Below, piece by piece: positions 27,869 through 36,617 of a stretch of DNA of 64,000 bases. The stretch is from an uncultured virus (IMG/VR IMGVR_UViG_3300037961_002446) (lineage: Duplodnaviria; Heunggongvirae; Uroviricota; Caudoviricetes), in IMG/VR virus record IMGVR_UViG_3300037961_002446, positions 1-64,000 of that record; one strand, 5' to 3'. Position 1 is the stretch's first letter; every line of letters starts with the position of its first letter. The notes under the pieces were generated by a model. The model made no database searches, was not told the origin of the DNA, and saw only the letters and a list, made by a program, of their open reading frames with translations. A program made the translations under genes and the position numbers.

Positions 27869-29404
27869 ATGACGAATTGGATAAACATGAGCCGAATGTT
27901 AGAATCAACAGACGGGATAACACCGACTCAGCAAATAAAACGAATATCAGACGACTTGACGAATTTTGATGATGTGCCTTTGGTGCTTTCTATTCTGTCA
28001 AAAGATGAATTAGAAGCAAATAATCTTGGTCTTGCTAAGGCTAAGAAATGGCTTGCTAAGGCTTTTGATATTTTTGAAGATGAACTAGAAGGGAGTTATG
28101 TAGCGCATAATGATTTAGGAGATGCAATATACTATCTAGATTCTTCTGCTGAAACACAAGGAAACCATTTCAGTATTGCTAATGTTAAGCGATTATTGGA
28201 AATGGATTATGGTAGTATTACTTCTACTAACTATGATACCTTTTATTTTGCTATTAGGGATATGTCAGCACTAGAGCGTAGATGGTTTATTCGCTACTTG
28301 CTAAGAACCCCTAGAAACGGAATTAACAAAGGAACAGTTGTTAAGATTATGGCTAAATACTACGATAAGAAAGTAAGTGAAGTAAAGAAGCATTTGAATG
28401 TAAACGATATTGAAAGAACTGCAACATACTATGAGATGGGTGAAAACCCTCCTACAGTTCTATCACACGGAACATTTGTTGCTCCTATGTTGGCTAAAGA
28501 TGTGCCTATGAATAAATGGCCTACTAACAAGATTGTAGACTACAAGTATGACGGAAACCGTTATCAGATTCATAAGCAAGGAGATAGCGTAATTATCTTT
28601 AATCGTAAAGGTAAGATTGCTACTCCACAGTTTCAAGATGTAGTTGAATTGGTTAGAGCATACGAAGTAGATTGTATTCTTGATGGAGAGATTTATCCTA
28701 TTAATGCTGATGGAACTCCTGCTGAACATAAACTAATGGGAACAAGAGTTCATTCTAAGAATCATGAAGAAGCAAGACAAAGAGTGCCTGTTGAATGGGT
28801 TGTCTTTGATTGTCTTAAGATTGGTAATGAAACAGTTATGGATTTACAATATACTGAAAGACTTGAGAAGATGAAAGATATTCCTAATCAAGCACATAGA
28901 ATGCCTGAAAATGGTGATGTATTGGGCTTCTATAATCAAGCAATCAATGATGGATTTGAAGGTATTATTGTCAAAGATGCTTCTTTGCCTTATGAAGCAG
29001 GTAAGAGAAGTATTGGTTGGGCTAAGTATAAACCTCCAAGAATTGAATTAGATGTTGCTATTCTTAATGCTAAATATGGTGAAGGTGCTAAGTCAAATGT
29101 ATTTGCTACATTTGGTATTGGTGTAAGAAATGAAGGAGAGTGGATTCCTGTAGGTTCTGTAGGAACAGGATTTAGTGATGAGGATTTACTTAGACTAACA
29201 AGAGAACTAAGACCTCTTGTTGAGAGATTTGAAACACCAACATATCATTTCCTTCCTAGAGTTGTTTTGGAAGTTAGTGCTGATTTAGTTACTAGAGATG
29301 CTTCTAACAATATTGGATTAAGATTCCCAAGATGTAAAAGAATTAGAGATGATAAGTTTGTTTCTGATTGTAATACTTTAGAAGATGTAGAGGCATTAGA
29401 ATGA
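27869..29404 (+). CDS. lig: ATP-dependent DNA ligase
   Basis: PMLA, KYDGNR, LDGE, FD, EGIIVK, WAKYK, VGTG, LRFPR..RIRDDK. Confidence 0.95.
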   Translation: MTNWINMSRMLESTDGITPTQQIKRISDDLTNFDDVPLVLSILSKDELEANNLGLAKAKKWLAKAFDIFEDELEGSYVAHNDLGDAIYYLDSSAETQGNHFSIANVKRLLEMDYGSITSTNYDTFYFAIRDMSALERRWFIRYLLRTPRNGINKGTVVKIMAKYYDKKVSEVKKHLNVNDIERTATYYEMGENPPTVLSHGTFVAPMLAKDVPMNKWPTNKIVDYKYDGNRYQIHKQGDSVIIFNRKGKIATPQFQDVVELVRAYEVDCILDGEIYPINADGTPAEHKLMGTRVHSKNHEEARQRVPVEWVVFDCLKIGNETVMDLQYTERLEKMKDIPNQAHRMPENGDVLGFYNQAINDGFEGIIVKDASLPYEAGKRSIGWAKYKPPRIELDVAILNAKYGEGAKSNVFATFGIGVRNEGEWIPVGSVGTGFSDEDLLRLTRELRPLVERFETPTYHFLPRVVLEVSADLVTRDASNNIGLRFPRCKRIRDDKFVSDCNTLEDVEALE

Positions 29405-29859
29405 TAGAACAAGGCGGAATGACTATCATAAAAGATAAACAAGGACAACCTCAAACCTATCGTTGCGTTAGGTTAGAAAATGGTAATGCGGTTCTTAGAA
29501 ATGTATTGAATGATGGAGCAGGTGGTAAACCTCTTATTATTCCAATAGAAGAATGTCCGTATGTAGAAGATAATGTTTTGATTACACCAAAGAAAGAAGA
29601 ATATGTTAGAGAAAAACCAAAAACAACATTAAATCTTTCTAAACTAATTAAACAAAATACAGACTTAAGAGTTTCAAGGTCAGCAAGGTATTTCCTCGCT
29701 GAATGGCTAGAAACCGCATTATTGAATATCCTTGCTAATGCGGAGGAAAATGCTTTAAACAAAGGGTCTAAGACCATAAGTGCGGCTCATGTTTTTTGGT
29801 TAGAAACAAATACTGCACCTAATGGCTTTTGGCCTGAGCATGAAGAATACATGAAGTGA
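29401..29859 (+). CDS. Protein with C-terminal archaeal histone fold
   Basis: LSKLIK....LRVSRSARYFLAEWLE...A...A...GSKTISAAHV parallels HMf-type RIIK..GAERVS..A...LA..LE...A...A..AGRKTIKAEDI. Confidence 0.75.
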   Translation: MIEQGGMTIIKDKQGQPQTYRCVRLENGNAVLRNVLNDGAGGKPLIIPIEECPYVEDNVLITPKKEEYVREKPKTTLNLSKLIKQNTDLRVSRSARYFLAEWLETALLNILANAEENALNKGSKTISAAHVFWLETNTAPNGFWPEHEEYMK

Positions 29860-30215
29860 ATGCTATGTTTAATGATGTTGAAATTCAGAAATGGATTGAG
29901 CGTCATGGCGTAGCCACAAGTTTCACTTTCATTGTCTATGCTGATATATCAGATGAAGAAGTTGAATTACTAATCAAAGGACTAGTAGTTCAAATAACTG
30001 AACACGCTAAATCAATGGCAGTTTTCTTTGACAAGATAAATGAAGAACAAGCAGTTGCTTGGAATGTATATAGAGGAACAAGTCTTACTTTTGTGTTTGC
30101 AGGTGATAAGGAAGAAATAGAACCTATCATTAAGCATATCATAGAAGATGGTTTAGAGTATCTAAAATACAAAGCCGAATATCTTTCAATGAATAGGAGC
30201 GTATCTCATGTATAG
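29856..30215 (+). CDS. Hypothetical protein
   Basis: 119 aa ORF in the operon. Confidence 0.65.
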   Translation: MNAMFNDVEIQKWIERHGVATSFTFIVYADISDEEVELLIKGLVVQITEHAKSMAVFFDKINEEQAVAWNVYRGTSLTFVFAGDKEEIEPIIKHIIEDGLEYLKYKAEYLSMNRSVSHV

Positions 30216-30603
30216 TAAGGATATGCTTATCGGTATTATTCTAGGAGTTGCTAAAATGGAACTCCATATAGAAAGAAATAATACTTCTAGTATAGGGTAT
30301 AACGCAAGACTGCGTTTGAATATTAGGGGAGAAGAAGCCTTCTTGAAAGGTATTCAAAGAAGCCTTGAACAACACCAAATCAAATCTACTTTCAAAGAAA
30401 AAGAACATAATTCAAGACCAAAACCAATACTGCGTATAGGTGGAATAAAGGAACTTTACAAGATAAGCAAGTTAGTTCCTAACCTACCTGATGCTAAAGG
30501 TGAATGGTCTGATTTTAGACAAGCGGTTCACATAATATCAAATGGCCATCATAGACAGGCAAAAGGAATAGAAATACTAATGAAAATAAAAGGGGTAATT
30601 TAA
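30208..30603 (+). CDS. LAGLIDADG-fold protein, probably catalytically degenerate
   Basis: LIGIILGVAK helix, then GYNARLRLNI...FLKGIQ..L; the acidic catalytic residue is missing. Confidence 0.55.
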   Translation: MYSKDMLIGIILGVAKMELHIERNNTSSIGYNARLRLNIRGEEAFLKGIQRSLEQHQIKSTFKEKEHNSRPKPILRIGGIKELYKISKLVPNLPDAKGEWSDFRQAVHIISNGHHRQAKGIEILMKIKGVI

Positions 30604-31451
30604 TGGGATTAACCACAATGAATAAGAATAGAGCAATTTTGATTACAGGAAAAACAGGAACAGGAAAGTCCACTAAGGCTAAGACTTTTGTTAATAATCC
30701 TAAGATAGTCTATGCAGATGATGTAGACTTTGATGTATTTTCTCACCCCATAGAAGATGGGATTATCATTGAAGATGTGCATTACAATGCTGATAAGCAA
30801 GGCATATTGACAATCTTAAGACTATACAAAGGACAAGTTGTATTGACTTCAATTAATGAGAAATCAGTTCCTAAAGAAATCAAAACTATGTGTCAGATTA
30901 AAAGAGCAGGTTCAGTAAATCACTTGAGAAATGAAATTGCTACTATGGCGATACATAGTGAAGAACCATCTTCCTATGAAAGAGATACATATTCCTTAGT
31001 GAATGAGTATCTAAGAGAGTCAGATAGAGATTTAATGGCTAAACTATTATTGTTCAATAAGCCATCAGATACACAGATTATTTCTTGGCTTGCTGAAAAT
31101 ATACACCCTAACAAGTTGATTTTTGTTGATGGTGTAGTAAAGAGAAGATGGAGTCAAAGATACTTCTATGAGATGTTAGCCTATGCTCATAGTGGTAAAT
31201 CATTTGGGAGGCTTTCAATGCCTCAAAGAAAAAAGTATTCGCAAATACCTAAGTTAGCAAGAAGACTTGGAGTAAAAAATCCAAAAGTCTTACGGCAACT
31301 TTGTATGGATAAGACCTTAGTTTCATCTTTTCAAAAGAAACTAAATAACGCTGAATGCCGAATACTAGGATTAGGCGAAAAGAAAAAGATGCGTAGAAAG
31401 GTGAGTAAAAGTCCAGAAGCGCAACAGAAAAAGTTGGAGGATTATATATGA
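30603..31451 (+). CDS. Clamp-loader large-subunit-like P-loop ATPase
   Basis: GKTGTGKS Walker A, IIIEDV Walker B; near the RFC small subunit gene. Confidence 0.65.
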   Translation: MGLTTMNKNRAILITGKTGTGKSTKAKTFVNNPKIVYADDVDFDVFSHPIEDGIIIEDVHYNADKQGILTILRLYKGQVVLTSINEKSVPKEIKTMCQIKRAGSVNHLRNEIATMAIHSEEPSSYERDTYSLVNEYLRESDRDLMAKLLLFNKPSDTQIISWLAENIHPNKLIFVDGVVKRRWSQRYFYEMLAYAHSGKSFGRLSMPQRKKYSQIPKLARRLGVKNPKVLRQLCMDKTLVSSFQKKLNNAECRILGLGEKKKMRRKVSKSPEAQQKKLEDYI

Positions 31452-31653
31452 CAAAAGCATTTAAATTAAGACTGATAAAGGTAATGGGAGATAAAGAATT
31501 AACAACAAGAGAAATTGTCTATTTACTAAAAGAAACAGACACTTTCACTAATTCTTTTACCTCTTATCAAATAGGACAAGTTTTACGAGGCAAAGAATTT
31601 GAGAAAGTTCGCTACAGTAGAAAAGCAAAAGGCCACATTTGGAGGGTTAAACA

Positions 31654-31836
31654 ATGAGTAGAATTGAAGAAGAAGTTTGTAAGAAAATAATGATGAGAGC
31701 CGATATTGGAGAAATCAAATACGGTGTAACAATGGAGAAAGAACAACTGACAAGAAAAGAATGGTTAATCCATGCTCAAGAAGAGGCTATGGATTTGGCT
31801 ATTTACTTGCAGAAACTAATAGAAATGGAGGAATAA
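31654..31836 (+). CDS. Small MazG-like/dNTP pyrophosphatase-type helical protein
   Basis: G..KYG.......EWL.HAQEEAMD.AIY. Confidence 0.5.
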   Translation: MSRIEEEVCKKIMMRADIGEIKYGVTMEKEQLTRKEWLIHAQEEAMDLAIYLQKLIEMEE

Positions 31837-31838
31837 TT

Positions 31839-32750
31839 ATGTTATGGACGGAGAAATACAGACCGAGTAAACTAGGAGATATTATCGGACAAGAACACTT
31901 TGTAATGGACGCTCATTCTTGGAAAGAAGAAGGCAATATGCCTAATATTCTTATCTACGGAAATCCGGGTAATGGGAAGACAAGTGCTTGTATTGTTTTA
32001 GGAAAGACAATGTTAGGAGATGCATTTACAGATAATTTCATTGAAATAAATGCATCAGATGATAGACGCTTAGAAACAGTAAGAACCAAAATTAAGAACT
32101 TTGCTCAAAGTGCTACTTATGGTGATGTTCCATTTAGAATGTGTTTACTAGATGAAATGGACGGTATGACTAATGATGCTCAAAATGCTTTGAAGCGTAT
32201 TATGGAAAGATATGCTAGCAACATTAGATTCATTATTACTTGTAATGATAGAAACAAGATTATCTTTGCATTACAAAGTAGATGTGCTAATTACCACTTC
32301 AAACCAATTACAGAAGAAAGTATGTTGAATGTTGTTGAGAATATCCTTGACAAAGAGAATATAACTCGCTTTTCTAGGGACGATTTGAACCCCTTTATAT
32401 ATGCCATGAACGGTGATATTCGTAGGGCAATAACCGAACTTCAAGCGGCCAAGTCAAGTGATTCAACACTACAGAAGCAGATAGAAGTCAGCCTAGAAGA
32501 CTACAAGAAAATAATAATGAAGATAATCAATAAAAATACCAATGTGCTAAACGATATTCATAACTTACTGTATGAAGGACAGACCGTAAGAGAGGTCTGT
32601 ATCGGATTACATGAAGCGATTATCAATGCAGAAGGGCTTGATAATAATGTTAAATTCAAATTTTTAAGAACAATAGGAGAAGCAGAATGGCGTTCCAATA
32701 CAATGACACCGAAACTATTGCTATCATGGCTAGTGGGGCAGTTATTGTGA
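31839..32750 (+). CDS. rfcS: Replication factor C small subunit (clamp loader)
   Basis: LWTEKYRP, GNPGNGKT, EINASD, LDEMD, QNAL, QSRC, GDIRRA. Confidence 0.93.
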   Translation: MLWTEKYRPSKLGDIIGQEHFVMDAHSWKEEGNMPNILIYGNPGNGKTSACIVLGKTMLGDAFTDNFIEINASDDRRLETVRTKIKNFAQSATYGDVPFRMCLLDEMDGMTNDAQNALKRIMERYASNIRFIITCNDRNKIIFALQSRCANYHFKPITEESMLNVVENILDKENITRFSRDDLNPFIYAMNGDIRRAITELQAAKSSDSTLQKQIEVSLEDYKKIIMKIINKNTNVLNDIHNLLYEGQTVREVCIGLHEAIINAEGLDNNVKFKFLRTIGEAEWRSNTMTPKLLLSWLVGQLL

Positions 32751-32793
32751 GGATAACAAAAACGGAGAAAAACAGAAAAGGTAAGGTGAAAAT

Positions 32794-34017
32794 ATGATAC
32801 CAGAAGAAACGAGAAAAGAGATAGAAAAGAGCGCACAATACATCAATATGAGTGTAGAAGAGGCGTTAGCAAAGTTTGAGGAGATTTGTTCCGAGAACGG
32901 ACTAAGCGTAGATGACCCAATCGCAAAGGGTCTATGGCGTAATTTTGTTGCTAACGCACGAAGAAATGCAAATGCAAATAACGATAGTAATAACAGTAAT
33001 GATTCTTACTACAAAAATGCATTCGGTTTCTTCGTTTCCCTTGATGCACCTAGAGATATGATGAGTTGGAATAGAGCAAGAGCAAAAGAAGAATTCCTAA
33101 GAGATTCTGATAATGCTTTGGAGAACGGAATTGTAGCGGTGGCTAATGAAAACGCTTTGGGTAAGTGGACTGTTTCTAGATACCATAATAATGAGTATAG
33201 AGAAAAGGTCTTAGCAAGTTTGCCCGATGGTGCTGAAACACTTGAAGATGGAAGAGTGTTTATTCCACTAGATAATACTGTTACTTACATGAATGGTGGA
33301 AAGAACAATAACTACGGTAAACCACTACCAAAGGAACAAATGCGTAGAACAGGTGTGTTCTATGGTTCACTAGGTCAAGGTGAAATGAAGCCGTATTTCT
33401 TTTCATACAAGAATCAAGGCGGAGTAGATTTTGCACCTAACACATTTGAGTGGGTGCATTTCCTTTGTGTTGCTAGTGATGACGGGCTTAATTTGTATGG
33501 GGCTAAAGACTTGACTTCAAGCAGTCTTACTCTAAATGCAGATATGAACCCTGAAAACGAACTATACAGGGATATGTCAGACTTTGAGTTTGAGAAGGCT
33601 CTACAAGGCAACTTTGATAGTCATTTGACTCCACTAGTTGAGTTAGATAGAGCGCACCTTGAAAGACAAGGACTTCCTTCTAAAGAAAGATATATTATTA
33701 CAGACGGAACAGTGACAAACATGAATATGACTCCCGCTTCTAATGGAAACAGAATCATAAACATAAGTGATTTGAATACTGAAATGGACTTTGATAACGA
33801 TGGTTTGGGAATAACAACTTGTTGGATTCCTGAACATCTAACTCTAGACTTTGGTATTGGTTCTTCTGTAATTATTGTAGGAAGAACAAGTCAAAGAACC
33901 ACCGATGAAGGAGTAGAACCTGTGACAATAAATGTTTCAGGTCTTCTTTGTGTAGAAAGGAAAGGTTCAGCAGTAGAAGTTTCACAACCAATGGAGGAAG
34001 ACTTTGATTGGTTTTGA
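32794..34017 (+). CDS. Probable single-stranded DNA-binding (RPA-like OB-fold) protein
   Basis: C-terminal OB-like region (GTVT...IINISD...CW...FGIGSSVIIVGR), acidic-aromatic tail EEDFDWF, replication context. Confidence 0.6.
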   Translation: MIPEETRKEIEKSAQYINMSVEEALAKFEEICSENGLSVDDPIAKGLWRNFVANARRNANANNDSNNSNDSYYKNAFGFFVSLDAPRDMMSWNRARAKEEFLRDSDNALENGIVAVANENALGKWTVSRYHNNEYREKVLASLPDGAETLEDGRVFIPLDNTVTYMNGGKNNNYGKPLPKEQMRRTGVFYGSLGQGEMKPYFFSYKNQGGVDFAPNTFEWVHFLCVASDDGLNLYGAKDLTSSSLTLNADMNPENELYRDMSDFEFEKALQGNFDSHLTPLVELDRAHLERQGLPSKERYIITDGTVTNMNMTPASNGNRIINISDLNTEMDFDNDGLGITTCWIPEHLTLDFGIGSSVIIVGRTSQRTTDEGVEPVTINVSGLLCVERKGSAVEVSQPMEEDFDWF

Positions 34018-34210
34018 GATTAAACTCTAATTAGTTTCCCCGTAGAAATGTCGTTAGGTGTGATGAGCCTAGATGATGATGCGGTATGATGAGTTGGCGA
34101 CATTACAGAATTCATGTCGGAAACTAATGCGGATTAAGTGTAAATGTGAACTTAAAGGGGAAATTGACATTCAAATGGGTGCGAAGCCCTATGCTTTTGG
34201 AGAAATTAAG

Positions 34211-34420
34211 ATGAAGATATATAGGAATGCAGTAATGACGGATAGAGCCTTTATCCACTATAAGAACATTCAACATATTTCATGGAATTATCATGGGGAT
34301 AGTGTTGAAGTTAAGATATATTCAGGTGTAGGCAACCCTATCATAAACCATATTAGTTCTAGTGAATTAGATAAACTAGTAAACCGATATGCTGAATTTA
34401 AAGGAGTTGAATTACAGTGA
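34211..34420 (+). CDS. Small LytTR-like beta protein 1
   Basis: Start ATG 34211 after GGAG; DRAFIHYKNIQHISW. Confidence 0.55.
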   Translation: MKIYRNAVMTDRAFIHYKNIQHISWNYHGDSVEVKIYSGVGNPIINHISSSELDKLVNRYAEFKGVELQ

Positions 34421-34671
34421 ATGAGTTAAAGGAAAACAGATACTTAATCAAATCAAACAGTTATATGGTTGATTTGTTCAATGTGGATTTTATCACATGG
34501 AAAGAAAATGAGAGAGTTGAGGGAACTTATTGGGCTAAACTACACATTGGTAGTAAAGAAGCACGATTTGTTTGTCAAGACTTAGACGCTCTCAGGCATT
34601 TGCTAGAAGAATGGTCTAAAGTTAGAGGAAAAGAGATAACAATTGAAAACGAAGATATAATGGAATGGTGA
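34417..34671 (+). CDS. Small LytTR-like beta protein 2
   Basis: SNSYMVDLFNVDFITW, similar to the preceding ORF. Confidence 0.55.
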   Translation: MNELKENRYLIKSNSYMVDLFNVDFITWKENERVEGTYWAKLHIGSKEARFVCQDLDALRHLLEEWSKVRGKEITIENEDIMEW

Positions 34672-35498
34672 AAAATATGGGATTGACAAGCGGAAAGAAA
34701 GAAGTAGTGGTAGATAGCGAAATGTATAACAACGCTAGAGTTATTGCTTTTAAGGATAAATTGACGAGGCAAACAGAAGGAAGACTAGGACGAACAAACC
34801 GTCTAATTTGTGGTGTTTGGGGAGAACCAAAGACCGTAAAAAGCGGTATTGCTCTTGATTTTCCCGATAAACAAATTTATGTTTTGGATTGGGACGATGG
34901 TTGCGAGCCTACATGGAGGCAAAACCATGATTGCACAGATAGAATTACATTATGGAATCCCGAAGTAAGGAATCATAATGGTGAACTAGATATTCAAAGG
35001 TCAGAAGCAAATTCAGAAGATTTTGTTTTGTTTGTAAAGTCTAAGATTGAAGAAGGAGAGAATGTTCTCTTTGTATTTGATGGAGTAGATAAGTGGCTAG
35101 ATTGTTGCACACTTCATGTCACAGGTTCTTCTAAGATTGGAAAACCACAGAAGATGAAGTTTGAATGGGGTAAGAGAAATGCTCCGTTCTATTCTCTTTT
35201 GATGATGTGTAAGAATCTAAATTGCGACCAAATTTACATTACTCACGCTAAGGCTGATTATGGCGCAACAGGAGAAGTAGTAGGAACTAAACCTAATTGG
35301 CACAATTGGGGCGACTACCTACATCAAATTATTAACACAAAAAGAACCCTCAAGAAAGGAGATGTTGTTTACAAATCTACCTTACTTAGCAGTAAAACAA
35401 ATACTGCACTAGTCGGCAAAACATGGGAAACCCTTGAAGTCGGTGATGGTAAGGTAAATTGGAACGGTATTCCTGATATGAGGGAGGGAAATATTTGA
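34665..35498 (+). CDS. RecA-superfamily ATPase (RadA/Sak4/AAA_24-like)
   Basis: GEPKTVKS Walker A variant, VFDGVD Walker B, YITH motif. Confidence 0.75.
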   Translation: MVKNMGLTSGKKEVVVDSEMYNNARVIAFKDKLTRQTEGRLGRTNRLICGVWGEPKTVKSGIALDFPDKQIYVLDWDDGCEPTWRQNHDCTDRITLWNPEVRNHNGELDIQRSEANSEDFVLFVKSKIEEGENVLFVFDGVDKWLDCCTLHVTGSSKIGKPQKMKFEWGKRNAPFYSLLMMCKNLNCDQIYITHAKADYGATGEVVGTKPNWHNWGDYLHQIINTKRTLKKGDVVYKSTLLSSKTNTALVGKTWETLEVGDGKVNWNGIPDMREGNI

Positions 35499-35833
35499 AG
35501 ACATTTTGCGGTATAGCAGATGCACATGGTTTAGAGTCTTTTATGGAATGCGAGGGCATGGGATATGCACCAATGACCATTACCATGAGAGCGCAACTAA
35601 ATAGACAAAGACACGCTATGGTCTATTGGGTTGAATTAAACGATGAACAAGTAGAACAAATGAATGAAGCAATAGAACAGGCTAAACAAGATAGCGATTG
35701 GCATAAGCCATTGTTGTTATTGAAAAACCCTGATTTTATTGATTCAGTAGCATTTGAGGATTCAATGAAAAACAGTTGGGATATGATACCTAATGATAGG
35801 CTAGACCCTTATTGGGGTGGTGATGAAGAATGA
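35495..35833 (+). CDS. Hypothetical protein
   Basis: 112 aa ORF, coupled. Confidence 0.65.
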   Translation: MKTFCGIADAHGLESFMECEGMGYAPMTITMRAQLNRQRHAMVYWVELNDEQVEQMNEAIEQAKQDSDWHKPLLLLKNPDFIDSVAFEDSMKNSWDMIPNDRLDPYWGGDEE

Positions 35834-36597
35834 TGTTTACAGTAGATAGTAAGGAAATGCAAAACGCATTAGATAAGATACAGGTAAAAGGAAAGCACTT
35901 GACTACAGGTGGCTTTTCTAACTCTAGTATCGGTTCTTTGTTTTGGGCTGAATTGAAGGATAATAACTTGAGTATGTGGAATGGAGATACAACATTTATT
36001 GTTTGTATCAATATGGAAGTTGAAGGAACTAAAGATGGTAATTTTATTGCCGATGCAAAAGAAATGATACCGTTCTTGAAAACCTTTGATGGGAATGTTC
36101 AGTTTGACATAGGAGATATGATTAAACTAAGTCAGGAATCTAAAAATGCGAATTTGCAGAAAGTGGCTATTCATAGTGGTTTTGAAGCCATTACTAGAAT
36201 TAGGACTATGTTAGGCAACCATGTTGTTTACGAGCCTGTCCCACAGAAGTTGTTTGGTTTTAACAAAACTGCCTTTGAAGGGGCATTTACTCTTAATCAA
36301 GAACAGTTCAAGAATACGCTAAAAGCGTGTGAGTTGGCCAAATCGGGTATTTACAAGTTAGACTACAAAGAACAGAATGTTGAGTTCTCTAGTGGAAATA
36401 ACACTTCTAGTAAATATTCAGCCACTATTACACCTGCATATAACTTAGGAGAAGAAGCCACACTAGAGTTTAGTGGGCCGCTTTATTCATTCTTTGATAA
36501 AGACCAATTACTAAACTTCTATGTAAAAGATGAATTCCCTTTGCTTATTGTAGCAAATGATAGATTAATGGTCAAAGCCCCAACAGTAAACGGGTGA
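35830..36597 (+). CDS. DNA sliding clamp (PCNA/beta-clamp-like)
   Basis: 255 aa two-domain alpha/beta pattern, C-terminal FPLLI...MVKAP, located between RFC and PolB. Confidence 0.75.
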   Translation: MMFTVDSKEMQNALDKIQVKGKHLTTGGFSNSSIGSLFWAELKDNNLSMWNGDTTFIVCINMEVEGTKDGNFIADAKEMIPFLKTFDGNVQFDIGDMIKLSQESKNANLQKVAIHSGFEAITRIRTMLGNHVVYEPVPQKLFGFNKTAFEGAFTLNQEQFKNTLKACELAKSGIYKLDYKEQNVEFSSGNNTSSKYSATITPAYNLGEEATLEFSGPLYSFFDKDQLLNFYVKDEFPLLIVANDRLMVKAPTVNG

Positions 36598-36617
36598 AAT
36601 AATAATGAGGAATACCA

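Noticed and set aside
34060..34125. Hammerhead ribozyme suggested by TGATGA...GAAA
   Set aside because: The core requires CTGANGA; these copies are GTGATGA/ATGATGA and the three-stem geometry could not be built.
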